Positions 37,300-48,559 of a stretch of DNA of 64,000 nucleotides are shown here, piece by piece. Location of the stretch: the IMG/VR virus record IMGVR_UViG_3300028797_000104, positions 1-64,000 of that record; one strand, 5' to 3'. The notes below the pieces were generated by a model. It was not told the origin of the DNA. It worked only from the letters and a program-made list of their open reading frames with translations, and made no database searches. The DNA is from a virus (lineage: Duplodnaviria; Caudoviricetes). The position numbers were made by a program, and so were the translations under genes. Every line of letters begins with the position of its first letter. Position 1 is the first letter of the stretch.

Positions 37300-37790
37300 T
37301 GTTAAATACAAATATTGAATATACTGGTAAAGTTGAATTTTTATTAAATATTGGTAAAAAGACAATATTAATAGATACACATAATGAAGGAACTCCTATT
37401 TTACATCAATCAATTTGTAGGTTTCTTGCGGGATAGTATAGAGGATTATGTGATATTCCAAATTTTATTGATATAAGAAATAAAAGTAATAATAAATCAA
37501 TTCTTACTCAAGTTGTATCATTGACCGGAAGAATTTTTAAAATTGAAGGAACTGAATATATTGTCCAATGTGAAACTTAGATACCATATTCTTAGTTAGC
37601 AATAGCAATTGACCCTATGTCAGAAGATATATATTAGGTAGTTCTATGTGCAGATAAGGATCCTGATATTTATATGGGAAGTTATCGAGATCTTGCATAC
37701 GTTGATATACCAGCGTCAAGTTTAGGTAGTATTTTACCTGGAACATCTGCTGCAATTCAATGGAAATTACATATAAGAAATGGAGGTTGA
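37299..37790 (+). CDS. Putative baseplate/tail protein
   Basis: Open with TAG=Q; SD AGGAGG; HNEGT and IQWKL motifs. Confidence 0.6.
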
Positions 37791-37794
37791 TTAA

Positions 37795-38469
37795 ATGGCA
37801 GTTACTCCTTATTATCTTAGTTCTGATTTAATAAATGTATTTCCATCAACTAGGAGAGTTTATACTCAAGATTTTTCTTCGAAATTAATGACGGAATTAG
37901 CTATATCAAGATCTATTAATATGTTAATGGATACAGATGGTTTTGTTATTTCAGAAAATCTTGGTAGTCCTTTTGAAATAAATATTCATGGATATTATTT
38001 TTAGATAGATAATTCAAGTAATATAATATCATTATTTAATGCATCAACAACCAGCACAATATATGCATCAATTTTAATAGAAAATTCAAATGCTTATCCT
38101 GAATTAAGAGTTCCTGGGGAGCTTTTATAGGATAATCCTCCAGCAGCATATAATAGTTCAGTTAGTTATATTCCTGGACAGTTAGTAACATATAATGATG
38201 TTCAATATCAATGCATTTCTGCAACAACAGGAGCATGGAACAGTTCAAAATGGGTTGAATTACTAGATGGATTTCAAGGATTAGTATTAACTTCTTCTAT
38301 CCCAGCAAAAAGTGATATATTAATTAATGGAGAAGACTTAACAAAATTTACTTTATACACATTACCAATAATTGAAAAAATTCCAAATACATCTCCGGTT
38401 TAGTGGAGAATTCCAGAACGAAGTAAATTCTGGTTAGGATTGGATGAAATTGATGGTGGCGTAATCTAA
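37795..38469 (+). CDS. Virion protein with a CBM-like module
   Basis: AYNSSVSYIPGQLVTYNDVQYQC...WNSSKW; ends EIDGGVI. Confidence 0.65.
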
Positions 38470-38480
38470 TGTTATCTTGT

Positions 38481-38522
38481 AAATATAGTATGTAGGAATA
38501 ACCTACATACTATATTTTTTTA
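38481..38522 (+). terminator. Terminator ending the structural operon
   Basis: AAATATAGTATGTAGG/CCTACATACTATATTT stem plus a T run. Confidence 0.85.
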
Positions 38523-38653
38523 TCTAAAAAATAACGATAAAAAGACTTTTTTATTTCAGTAAAGTATTTACATTATTTCAGAAAAATTTTCAAAAATCAA
38601 TATAAAAATCTAAATACGTTTTTAATTAATTAAGTCAATAAGAAGGTGATTAA

Positions 38654-38956
38654 ATGAAACGAAATCAAAATCTATATATAAAATGTCCAACTTGCAGCGC
38701 AGAGTATCTGCCAGAAGAAATCTTTGTATCATTATTAGATAATAATTACTATATCTAGAAAACAAGTGATACACATGAAATCATTGATTCGGATTATACG
38801 GGTCAAGTAGAAGATTCTTATATCTGTAATTATTGTAATACTAAATTTAAAGTTGTTGCAAAATTAAGTTTTAATTCTTTTATTGATGAAAAATTTAATT
38901 TTAATGAATTATATAGTACAAAATTAAAACCGACTGTTTTATTGAAGGAAGACTAA
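38654..38956 (+). CDS. Small zinc-ribbon protein
   Basis: CPTC...CNYC; SD AAGGTGA. Confidence 0.7.
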
Positions 38957-40641
38957 TGATTAAGATTATTATAAATACTCCAAAAAAGTGTCCTGGATTA
39001 TATTCTGCTTTTATTCAGATTCCATATAATCAAAATCTTATTGATATTGTAAAAACTGCATAGATTAGTTTATATGATAAGAAAACTAAGATATGGGAAG
39101 TAGATTTTACATCATTATCAAAATTAATAGATAAATTCACTATTTATGATGATATTGAATTAATTGATAATATTGCAGAATTTCATTAGGATATGCTAAT
39201 AGATATTGATGTAACTAAATTAAAAACAAAGCCCTTTGATTATCAATTAGAAGGAATTAATTATGGTATTAATCATGATAAATGGTTATTATTAGATTCT
39301 CCTGGTTTAGGAAAAACTCTACAAGTTATTTATATTGCAGAATCATTAAAAAAATAGAAATTAATTGAACATTGTTTAATTATTTGCGGTATTAACACTT
39401 TAAAATATAATTGGAAAAAAGAAATCGAAAAGCATGGAAATTCAAATTCTATTATTCTTGGAGAACGTATTAACACAAGAGGTAAAATAGTTAATGATGG
39501 TATAAAATATCGTAAAGAGTAGTTATCTAAAAAAATCAATGAATTTTTTATTATTATGAATATTGAAACTTTACGTGACGATGAAATAGTAAAACTTATT
39601 AATAATGGTAAAAATAAAATTGATATGATTGTAGTAGATGAGATTCATCATTGTAAATCACCAATTTCCCAACAAGGAAAAAATCTACAAAAATTAAAAA
39701 ATGCTACATATAAGATTGGATTAACAGGAACTCTTATTATGAATTCTCCGTTAGATTCATATGTTCCATTAAAATGGATTGGAAAAGAACATAGCAATTA
39801 TTCTACTTTTAAAAATTATTATATTAAATATGGCGGATTTTTTCATAATGAAATAATTGGTTATAAAAATACTGATGTTCTTAAATAGGAGATTGCTGAA
39901 GTTTCTTTAAGAAGAACTAAAGAATTATTAAATCTTCCTGAAAAAACTATAATTGATGAATTTGTTGATATGGATAATTAGCAAAGAGCATTTTATGATA
40001 ATATTGTAAATGGAGTATTTGAAGATATAGATAAAGTAGAATTAGATTCTAATCAAGTTTTATCGTTAGTATCAAGATTACGTCAAGCAACAGCTTCTCC
40101 TTCTATGCTTACAACTTTAAATATAGAATCGTCAAAAATTAAAAGAGCAGTTGACTTAGCAGAACAAATCATGTATAATAAAGAAAAAGTTGTAATATTT
40201 TCAATATTTAAAGAAACTCTGAATCAATTAAATGAAAAATTAAAAGAATTTCATCCATTGATCTGTACTGGAGACTATTCCGATAAAGAAATTTCTAATA
40301 ATATTGAAAAATTTTAGAATGATGATTCTTATCAAGTTTTATTGGCTACAACATAGAAAATGGGAACCGGAGTAACATTAACGGCAGCATCTTACATGAT
40401 ATTTATAGATTGTCCCTGGACGGCGGCAGATTGTTAGCAATGTGAAGATAGAATTCATAGAATTGGTAGTAAAAATTCGGTTTTAATATATTATCTTTGG
40501 AATACCGATACTTTTGATATGCAAGTTAAATAGATTGTTTAGGATAAATCATTAGTAGAAGATTATATAATTGATAATCAAATCAATGAAAATTTTGTGG
40601 AAAGACTAAAAAAATTGATTTTGGACTTAAAAGATAGTTGA
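38956..40641 (+). CDS. SNF2-family helicase
   Basis: PFDYQLEG, DSPGLGKT, VDEIH, LTGT, MGTGVTL and QCEDRIHRIG motifs. Confidence 0.92.
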
Positions 40642-40666
40642 TTTTTGCATATATAATATATATAAT
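40638..40666 (+). promoter_or_regulatory. Sigma70-type promoter
   Basis: TTGATT-N17-TATAAT, preceded by TAG. Confidence 0.7.
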
Positions 40667-40734
40667 AATAATTAATAAGAGAAATAGATAATAAATTTAA
40701 TTATAATAATTATATATTATATAGGAGTTTTAAA

Positions 40735-41553
40735 ATGTTAGATGATTATAAAAGATCTTATGAAGAATGTGCTAATTTAATTAAAGATTGGAAATCTATT
40801 TCTTCTATTGATCTTTGTGATAATTATATTAAAAATTTAGAAATTGATCCAGATAAATCTCAAGCATATCTTAGTGCTGTCATTTGTAGATATTGGTATA
40901 TTATTCAAAGAACATATTATGCTCAAAGAATTAAGTTAGCATCAGAGGAAGATGTTTATGATTGGTTTATCGAAGGATTATATAACGCATTAAATCATCA
41001 TGTTTGGACGGATCCTAATAATAAATTATATGGAGATGAAAAAGGTCCAGAAAAAGCAATTAGTGTTTGTATTTATTCAGCAAAATTAAATTATTTTCAA
41101 TCTTTAGAATATGATAAAAGAAAAACTAATAAATATGCATTAAGTCTTGAAGAATTAGAGGAAGATTCATCTGATGATTATTATCTTCCATATTATGATC
41201 AATCTCCATTTATGAAGATGTATATGTACGAAAAAGTTAGAAAAATGTTTTTCGATTATGATTATTTTTCTGCTTTTCTTTTAGATGCAATTGTGAATGT
41301 AGAAGTATTTTCAAAGGAAGAAAATAAAGATTATGCAACCTTAAGTTTAAGAAAACTTTTGAAATATCTTAGAAATATAGATGATAGATATATCAAGATT
41401 TTTTCTAATATATATGATTTAGATGAAAAGGATGTAATTCAAGCAGTAGAATTTATTAAAAATCTACCATCAGAAAGAATGATACGAAATATAACAAATC
41501 TTTTATTTTTATTGAGACGAGATAAAGAATTGATAAATTATATTAGAAGTTAA
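40735..41553 (+). CDS. Hypothetical protein, possibly sigma-factor-like
   Basis: Intact ORF with no TAG; EEDVYDWFIEGLYNAL...KRK...LSLEEL loosely resembles sigma region 2. Confidence 0.5.
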   Translation: MLDDYKRSYEECANLIKDWKSISSIDLCDNYIKNLEIDPDKSQAYLSAVICRYWYIIQRTYYAQRIKLASEEDVYDWFIEGLYNALNHHVWTDPNNKLYGDEKGPEKAISVCIYSAKLNYFQSLEYDKRKTNKYALSLEELEEDSSDDYYLPYYDQSPFMKMYMYEKVRKMFFDYDYFSAFLLDAIVNVEVFSKEENKDYATLSLRKLLKYLRNIDDRYIKIFSNIYDLDEKDVIQAVEFIKNLPSERMIRNITNLLFLLRRDKELINYIRS

Positions 41554-41568
41554 AGGTGAGTTAGATAT

Positions 41569-42291
41569 ATGCTAATAGATTTGATATCTCAAACAAATTA
41601 TAATTCTTATAATATATCGCTTGCAAAAATTATTGGATTACATCCTGCAATTTATTTAAATACTCTTTTAAGTATAAATTCAAAAGCGATTAATAAGCAA
41701 AAGTTGACTAATGATGAATATTTTTGTGTAGATAGAAATTATGTTCAATCTATTACAACTTTTGAAGTAGACGAGCAAATTGAAATTGAAAATCTTTTGA
41801 TTAATTTAGGAATTTTAAAGAAACAAGAAAATGATGAATCTAATGCTTTATATCTTGATGTTTCTACTTTAACTTCTATTATAATGAGTGATAACGAAAG
41901 TCTTGTTTCTGATATTCAGAAAGTTGTAGCATTAAATAAAAAACCAAAGAAGAAAACAAAAGCAGAAGCTATTAAAGATGAAATGAAAAGTTTTGTAACT
42001 GCAACCAATCAAGAATTAAGGGAAGCGTATTTTGATTGGATTGATTCAGTATTTGCAAAGCAAGGTTGGATGAGTAAAAAATCTGTAGTCTCTGCTCAGC
42101 AAGTTATTGATGAATTTTCACATAGAAATCTAGATGTAGCGTTGAAAGTAATTGAAATTGCATCTATAAGTGGATATCGAGATATGACTTGGGCAGTGAA
42201 TACTTATAAAAGTAATTATAATGTTCAATATAGGGTTCCACAAAATCGAACAGTAGAAAACACAGTTGGAATTAGTAATGAAGTATTTTAA
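41569..42291 (+). CDS. Putative replication initiator (wHTH/DnaD-like)
   Basis: LAKIIGLHPAIYL N-terminus; directly upstream of DnaC and DnaB. Confidence 0.6.
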   Translation: MLIDLISQTNYNSYNISLAKIIGLHPAIYLNTLLSINSKAINKQKLTNDEYFCVDRNYVQSITTFEVDEQIEIENLLINLGILKKQENDESNALYLDVSTLTSIIMSDNESLVSDIQKVVALNKKPKKKTKAEAIKDEMKSFVTATNQELREAYFDWIDSVFAKQGWMSKKSVVSAQQVIDEFSHRNLDVALKVIEIASISGYRDMTWAVNTYKSNYNVQYRVPQNRTVENTVGISNEVF

Positions 42292-42301
42292 GTGAGGTTT
42301 T

Positions 42302-43006
42302 ATGATTCTTAGTGATTCTTGCTGGATGAAGGATTATTGTAGTAAATATAATTCATCCATTGATTGTGAATGCAAAGATAAAAATATCTTTTGCAGTAAA
42401 TTATTCAAATTAGATAAACTATATCAGGATTCATTATTATCTGATATACAAAGAGTGCATAAAACATTGTATATTGATTCTAATGGTGCAGATAGAGAAG
42501 CATTTATTAGATTAAAAGAAATTGAAAAGAATATAGAATCTTGGGTAACTTCAGGTAATAATTTATATCTATATTCTCATATCTGCGGTAACGGAAAAAC
42601 ATGCTGGGCTATTAGATTAATGCAATCATATCTTGAAAATATATGGCATAAATCAGATTTGAAATGTAGAGCATTATTTATAAATGTTCCAAGATTTTTA
42701 ATTGCATTAAAGAATAGTATATCTCAACAAGATGATTATATAACTCATATCAAAGAAAATATTCAAGCAGTTGATTTAGTAGTATGGGATGATATTGCTA
42801 TTAAAACTGCTACCACGTATGAAATGGAAAATCTTTTAAGTATTATAGATTATAGATTAAATACAGGTAAAAGCAACATTTATACAAGTAATCTTTTTGG
42901 TAAGGAATTGAGCGAAAGTCTTGGAGATAGATTGTATAGCAGAATTGTAAATCTTTCGGAAGTTATAGAATTTATAGGTCAAGATAAGAGGGGGTTAGTT
43001 AAATGA
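42302..43006 (+). CDS. dnaC: DnaC/IstB-like helicase loader
   Basis: CGNGKT, DLVVWDDI, IYTSN and LGDRLYSRI. Confidence 0.85.
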   Translation: MILSDSCWMKDYCSKYNSSIDCECKDKNIFCSKLFKLDKLYQDSLLSDIQRVHKTLYIDSNGADREAFIRLKEIEKNIESWVTSGNNLYLYSHICGNGKTCWAIRLMQSYLENIWHKSDLKCRALFINVPRFLIALKNSISQQDDYITHIKENIQAVDLVVWDDIAIKTATTYEMENLLSIIDYRLNTGKSNIYTSNLFGKELSESLGDRLYSRIVNLSEVIEFIGQDKRGLVK

Positions 43007-44259
43007 TTCAACTGCAGTTTCTTAATGCACTCCTCGAATCTAAAGATAGTTCTTTACTCTTAATAAATAATCTTAATGAGGATTTATTTTGTGATTATAA
43101 AGATGAATATAATTTTATCGTAAATCATCTTAATGAATATGGAACAATTCCAGATAAAGTAACTTTTCTTTCAAAGTTTCCAGAATTTGATATCATTGAA
43201 GTAAACGAATCAAGAGATTATTTAATTGATGCTTTATTTGAAGATAGAGATAAAAGATTTCTAGCTAAAACATTTAATGATATAAGAAAACTATTAAGTG
43301 AAGATAAAACCGAAGAAGCTATGAATCTTTTAGCTTTAAGATCTCAAACTGCAATTAAAGCAAAACATATAAATACAGTTGATATAACTAAAGATATTTC
43401 AAGATATAATGATTATGTAGATAGATGTAGTGAATTTACAAAATTCTACATCAAAAGCGGTTTTAATGAATTAGATAAAGTAATTGGTGGTTGGGATAGA
43501 CAAGAAGAGTTGGCTACAATAGTTGCAAGACCCGGTGTAGGTAAAACTTGGTGTTTATTAAAATGCGCTGTTGCAGCATTACAACAAAATCTAAGAGTAG
43601 GATTATATTCTGGTGAAATGAGTGAAAGAAAAGTTGGATATAGATTCGATACACTCGTTTCTCATATTTCTAATTATAGTATAACCAAAGGTATTAGCGA
43701 TATAGCAAATGAATATAAAGCATATATAGATAAGTTACCTGAAAGTTACGAAGGATGTTTTAAAGTATTGACTCCAGCAATGATTGATGGACCTGCTGGC
43801 GTAAATGCATTACGAGCATTTATTGAAAAAGAAAATCTTGATATATTATTTGTAGATTAGCATTCTTTATTGGAAGATGATAGGAAAGCAAGAAATCCAG
43901 TAGATAGAGCATCAAATATATCGAAGGATTTAAAAAATCTACAAGTATTGAAGAAGATACCAATTATTGCAGTATCACAGCAAAATAGAACATCATCAGA
44001 AGGTGGATTGTCTACCAGTCAAGTAGCTCAAACAGATAGAATTTCTCAGGATAGTACTTTATTATTATTTCTTGAACAGAAAGATGATGTATTAACTCTT
44101 AATATAGTTAAATCAAGAGATTCAGAAACAAATAAAAAAATTAGATATGCTATTGATTTAGATAAAGGAATTTTTGAATATATTCCAGAAGAGAATAATG
44201 CGCTTAATGGAGAGGGAACGGAAGAATTAAGAAATGAATATGAACAAGATGTATTTTAA
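43003..44259 (+). CDS. dnaB: Replicative DNA helicase
   Basis: ARPGVGKT, SGEM, ILFVD(TAG=Q)HSLL, IAVSQQNR and KSRD. Confidence 0.92.
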
Positions 44260-44262
44260 TAG

Positions 44263-44291
44263 TTGATTTTTCTTATTTTTTATATTATAAT
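44263..44291 (+). promoter_or_regulatory. Sigma70-type promoter
   Basis: TTGATT-N17-TATAAT, preceded by TAG. Confidence 0.7.
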
Positions 44292-44328
44292 ATAAGTGTA
44301 ATAAAAACAAAATATGGAGGAAAGAAAA

Positions 44329-44514
44329 ATGAATATTATCAATGAAGCAAATAAACTTACTGCAAAATATGCTGGTTGGAAGTTCGAGGATATCATGAAG
44401 ATATTCGTATGGCACGATATTAAATCCAGTACTATTCATTATAATGATAATTCGTATTTTGTAATTTGTAATCGTCTTGGTATTTGTACTCATTTTTTGA
44501 TTTGTGTAGGATGA
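44329..44514 (+). CDS. Small hypothetical protein
   Basis: SD GGAGG; the stop overlaps the primase start. Confidence 0.6.
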   Translation: MNIINEANKLTAKYAGWKFEDIMKIFVWHDIKSSTIHYNDNSYFVICNRLGICTHFLICVG

Positions 44515-45470
44515 ATATAATTTTTGGAAATAAGATTATTCTAGAACCTATAATTAATATAATTAAATAGATTAGATATGAATCAAGTAATTAGTATTTC
44601 AAGGATATTCAAAATAAAGGAGAATATTTAAGAGTACAATGTCCGTATCATAAAGACGGACATGAATTACATCCTTCTTGTTCTATCTATCAAAAAACGG
44701 ATAATGATAATATAACTGCTGGAACATTGCATTGTTTTACTTGTGGCATGAAAGCATAGTTATATTCCGTAGTTAGTCATTGTTTAAATTTAAATGATGA
44801 TGAATTAGGAAAAGAATGGTTAATTCAAAGATTTGGTTCATTATTAAGTAAGAAGGATATTTTATTACCAGAATTAGAAGAAAAGAAATCTTTTAAGTAT
44901 ATTGATGATAGTATTTTAGAATCTTTTGAATATAATAATGAAGAAGCCTTGAATTATCTTATTGAAAATAGACATTTAAGTCTAGATGTTATAAGAAAAT
45001 TCAGAGTAGGATTTAATCCAGTCAATAGATGTATAACTTTTCCTGTATGGTCTAGTAATGATAAATTAGTAGGAATATTTCAAAGAAGTATAGATAATAA
45101 GCATTTTATAATTCCAGATAATATTTAGAAACCTATCTATCTACTTAATAATGCTATAAAGAATCATTATAGCAAAGTTTATGTAGTAGAAAGTCAAATA
45201 AATGCTTTAACTTTATACGGTTGGAATAGACCGGCAATAGCACTGTTTGGTACAGGAACAAAAACACAATATGATGAATTAAATAAATCTGGTGTTCGTC
45301 ATTTTATTCTTTGTTTAGATGGCGATGAAGCTGGTTTTAAGGGTAGTGGCAGATTTATTAATAATATCTATGATGATATTTTGATAGATTATATACAATT
45401 ACCAAAAGGAAAAGATGTAAATAATTTAACTTTTGAAGAATTTAAAAAATTGGAGGACAAATATTTATGA
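44511..45470 (+). CDS. dnaG: DNA primase
   Basis: CPYH...HCFTC zinc finger; TOPRIM motifs VVES, LDGDEAG and KDVN. Confidence 0.9.
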
Positions 45471-45817
45471 GTATTAAAGTTCTTGAAGAAGTATCTATAA
45501 AATACAATATTTATGCAGTTAAAAGTAATCCAGATGATGAAATTGAGTTAAATGAAAATTGTAAGTTTGCAGAAAATTTTGCAGATAAGAATATGACAAT
45601 TGGTTATGCGATATGTCTAGCAGAAAATTTTGAATACACCGATGTTTTTGTCACTGAAGTAAAGACAATTAATAATTATTGGAATACAGATGATGCCGTT
45701 AAAGATGAAAAAATTGTTTGGTCTTGTATGAAAATCGCTGACGAATCAGAAGAAAATTCTGAAGATGATTAGGAAATTACAGAAATCACAGAAGAGCTAG
45801 TTGACATTGATGAATAA
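45467..45817 (+). CDS. Hypothetical acidic protein
   Basis: Track ORF extended through TAG to TAA. Confidence 0.65.
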
Positions 45818-45829
45818 AAGTATTATAAT
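45801..45829 (+). promoter_or_regulatory. Consensus sigma70 promoter upstream of SSB
   Basis: TTGACA-N17-TATAAT, exact consensus. Confidence 0.85.
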
Positions 45830-45860
45830 TATAGATGAATAAAAATTTGGAGGTATAAAT

Positions 45861-46577
45861 ATGGCAAAAATTTCTTATGAAGAAGCACAGTCAAGTGCAA
45901 ATAGCAATAATACTGGAGTTGGGTTCTTTTCCCTTGCAGATGATGGTGATGAAGCAATTGTTAGGATTCTTCATGATTCCACCGATAGTTTTGATATCGT
46001 GACTGTTCATGAAGTTTAGGTTGGTGATAAGCGCAGGAAGATTGATTGTCTTCGTACTCTTAGAGATCCTCTTGATAAATGTCCGTTTTGTAATGCGGGT
46101 ATGAAGACTAGTCAGAGATTTTATATTCATTTGCTTGAGTATCAGAAGGATGAAAGTGGTAATATTGTGGTACTGCCTAGGATTTGGGAGAGAAGTACTC
46201 AGTATGCAACTACCATTAAGAATCTGATGGATGAATATGGTCCTCTCAGTGATTGTGTATTCAAGATTCGTAGAAATGGTGCAAAGGGCGATATGCATAC
46301 TACTTATAGTATTATGTTTGGTAATCCTAATGTCTATAAGGAAGAATTTTATCCAAAGGATACTAGCGCATTTGATGAATATTCTGTAGTTGGTAATATT
46401 GTAGCATCCAAGACTGCAGATGAGATGAAGTATTATGTGATTAATGGAGCTTTTGATGATAATACAGAAACTAATAATACTGCTCCTCCTTCTACTGGTG
46501 GTAATTCTTCTAATACGGCACCATGGCAGAGTCCTAATACCGTTTCAAGTGTTTCCAGACCTCAGCGTTTTTATTAA
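45861..46577 (+). CDS. Single-stranded DNA-binding protein (gp32-like)
   Basis: GFFSLADDGDEAIVRIL...IDCL...CPFC...KIRRNG..TTY; low-complexity tail. Confidence 0.8.
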
Positions 46578-46585
46578 TTTATAAT

Positions 46586-46621
46586 TAATAAGCATGGATA
46601 AATATTTATCCATGCTTATTA
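46586..46621. repeat. Perfect 36-bp palindrome between SSB and polA
   Basis: TAATAAGCATGGATAAATATTTATCCATGCTTATTA equals its own reverse complement. Confidence 0.85.
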
Positions 46622-46635
46622 TATAAGGAGTTTAT

Positions 46636-48558
46636 ATGTCTTTATGGGGAACTGAATTTGATATAGCACCAAAAGAAAATAAAAAGAAAATTCTTGATAA
46701 GATTAGTAAACCAAAAAAAGTAGTATCGGAAAATAGTGTAAAAACAAAATAGACAAAAAAAGATAAAGAAGTAGATCCATATTCTTTTATTCCATCTATT
46801 GAAGAAGAAGTATATAGAATATTAGGTAAATATAAAGATAATACTTTAGTAATTCGAGATTTAGAAACATTTAAAAATTATTTTTCTATTGCAATCAAGA
46901 ATGGATCCATAGCAGTAGATACAGAAACAAATAACAGTCTAGATCCAATAACTTGTAAATTGATGGGATTATGTATTTATACACCATCAATGAAACAAGC
47001 ATATATTCCAGTAAATCATGTAGATAAAGAAGGTAATTTATTAGATAATCAAATTACGGAAGAATAGATTAAAGAGTAGCTTTTACGTTTGATTTAGAAT
47101 AATGTAAAAGTTATTATGCATAACGGCAAGTTTGATTATCAGGTTTTGAAATGCACTTGCGATATTGAATTAGTTCCATATTGGGATACAATGATTGCAG
47201 CAAAAATTTTAGATGAAAATGAATTAAGAGCTTCATTAAAAGAACAATATATAGATAAAATAGATTCAAGTCAAGAAAAATATGATATTGAGCATTTATT
47301 TGAAGGATTACCTTATGCAATTTTTAATCCCGAATTATTTGCATTATATGCAGCAACAGATTCTAAGATGACGTATGATTTATATGAATGGCAATTAAAA
47401 CAGTATATGCTTCCAGATAATAGTAAATTATTAAATCTTTTATTAAATGTGGAAATGCCTGTTGTTCAAGTGGCAGCAGAAATGGAATTGACTGGTATTT
47501 GTATTGATTAGGAATATGCAAAAAGATTAAGTAAAAAATATCATGATATTGCAAATGGTGTAGATAAGCAAATCGAAATCGAATTAAGAAAGTATGATGA
47601 TTAGATAGCAAAGTGGAGATTAACAGAAGAGGCTAATGCTAAACCATTATCTAAAAAACCAAATAAAAATGGTGAATATACTTATTAGAAATCTAAAAAT
47701 GAACAATTATAGAATCCTATCTAGATAACCAGTCCAACTTAGTTAGCAATACTTTTATATGATATATTAAAAGTAGGTTTAATTGATAAAAAAACTCCAA
47801 GAGGAACAGGAGAAGAAATTTTACAAAAAATTAAGCTCCCTATATGTGATTTAATTTTAGAAAAAAGAGGATTAGAAAAATTAATAGGAACATATATTGA
47901 TAAATTGCCAACATGCGTAAGTGAAAAAGATAATAGACTTCATGCACATTTTAACTAGTTAGGAGCAGGTACAGGAAGATTTAGTAGTAGTGATCCCAAC
48001 CTTTAATTAATGGAGGCATATATTCGTGAGAGTATATGAAAATCGCGTGAATTCAATGAATAGAGGTAACATAAATTCTTAACATTGAGCCAAGCTTATT
48101 AGAAATTAATAAGAAGGTGCAACGACTAGGGAATGAGAGTTAATATCGATAATTTCCCCACGAGCGCGCGATAACTCATTTATATAAAAAATATCTTATT
48201 AATTTAAAAATAATAGATAAATGAGTTAATGATATAGTCTGAACTACATTGAGAGTTACGTAGATGTAGAAGTTAAGATAAAGAGCTTAACGATAACATA
48301 ATGCAAAATATCCCGTCCCATAATAAGGAAATTAGATTATTATTTAAAGCAGGTTATACAAATTACGAAATTGAAACTTTAATGGATAGATTTGATATTA
48401 ATGAGGATGATGAAATCGAAACAAGTAATGGTTGGATTCTCGCATCAGAATTAAAAGTTAATAATAGTTATCAATTGGATAAAGATATTATTAAAATAGT
48501 TGATTTAATTAAAAATGGTAATATAATTACAGTTATATATTAGAGAGAAGGTGATTAA
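46636..48558 (+). CDS. polA: DNA polymerase A, N-terminal piece (exons 46636-48003 and 48304-48558)
   Basis: Exonuclease motifs AVDTET, HNGKFD and YAATD; TGRFSSSDPNL|QNIP across the intron; ends in a Hint-like appendage. Confidence 0.88.
48004..48303 (+). mobile_element. Group I intron in polA (no ORF)
   Basis: P1 CCUU/GAGG; core GTGCAACGACTA and GATATAGTCTG; ends in G; restores PNL|QNIP. Confidence 0.9.
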
Positions 48559-48559
48559 A

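Noticed and set aside
38523-38640. Replication origin in the AT-rich gap
   Set aside because: No iterons or DnaA-box array seen, and AT richness alone is uninformative in this genome.
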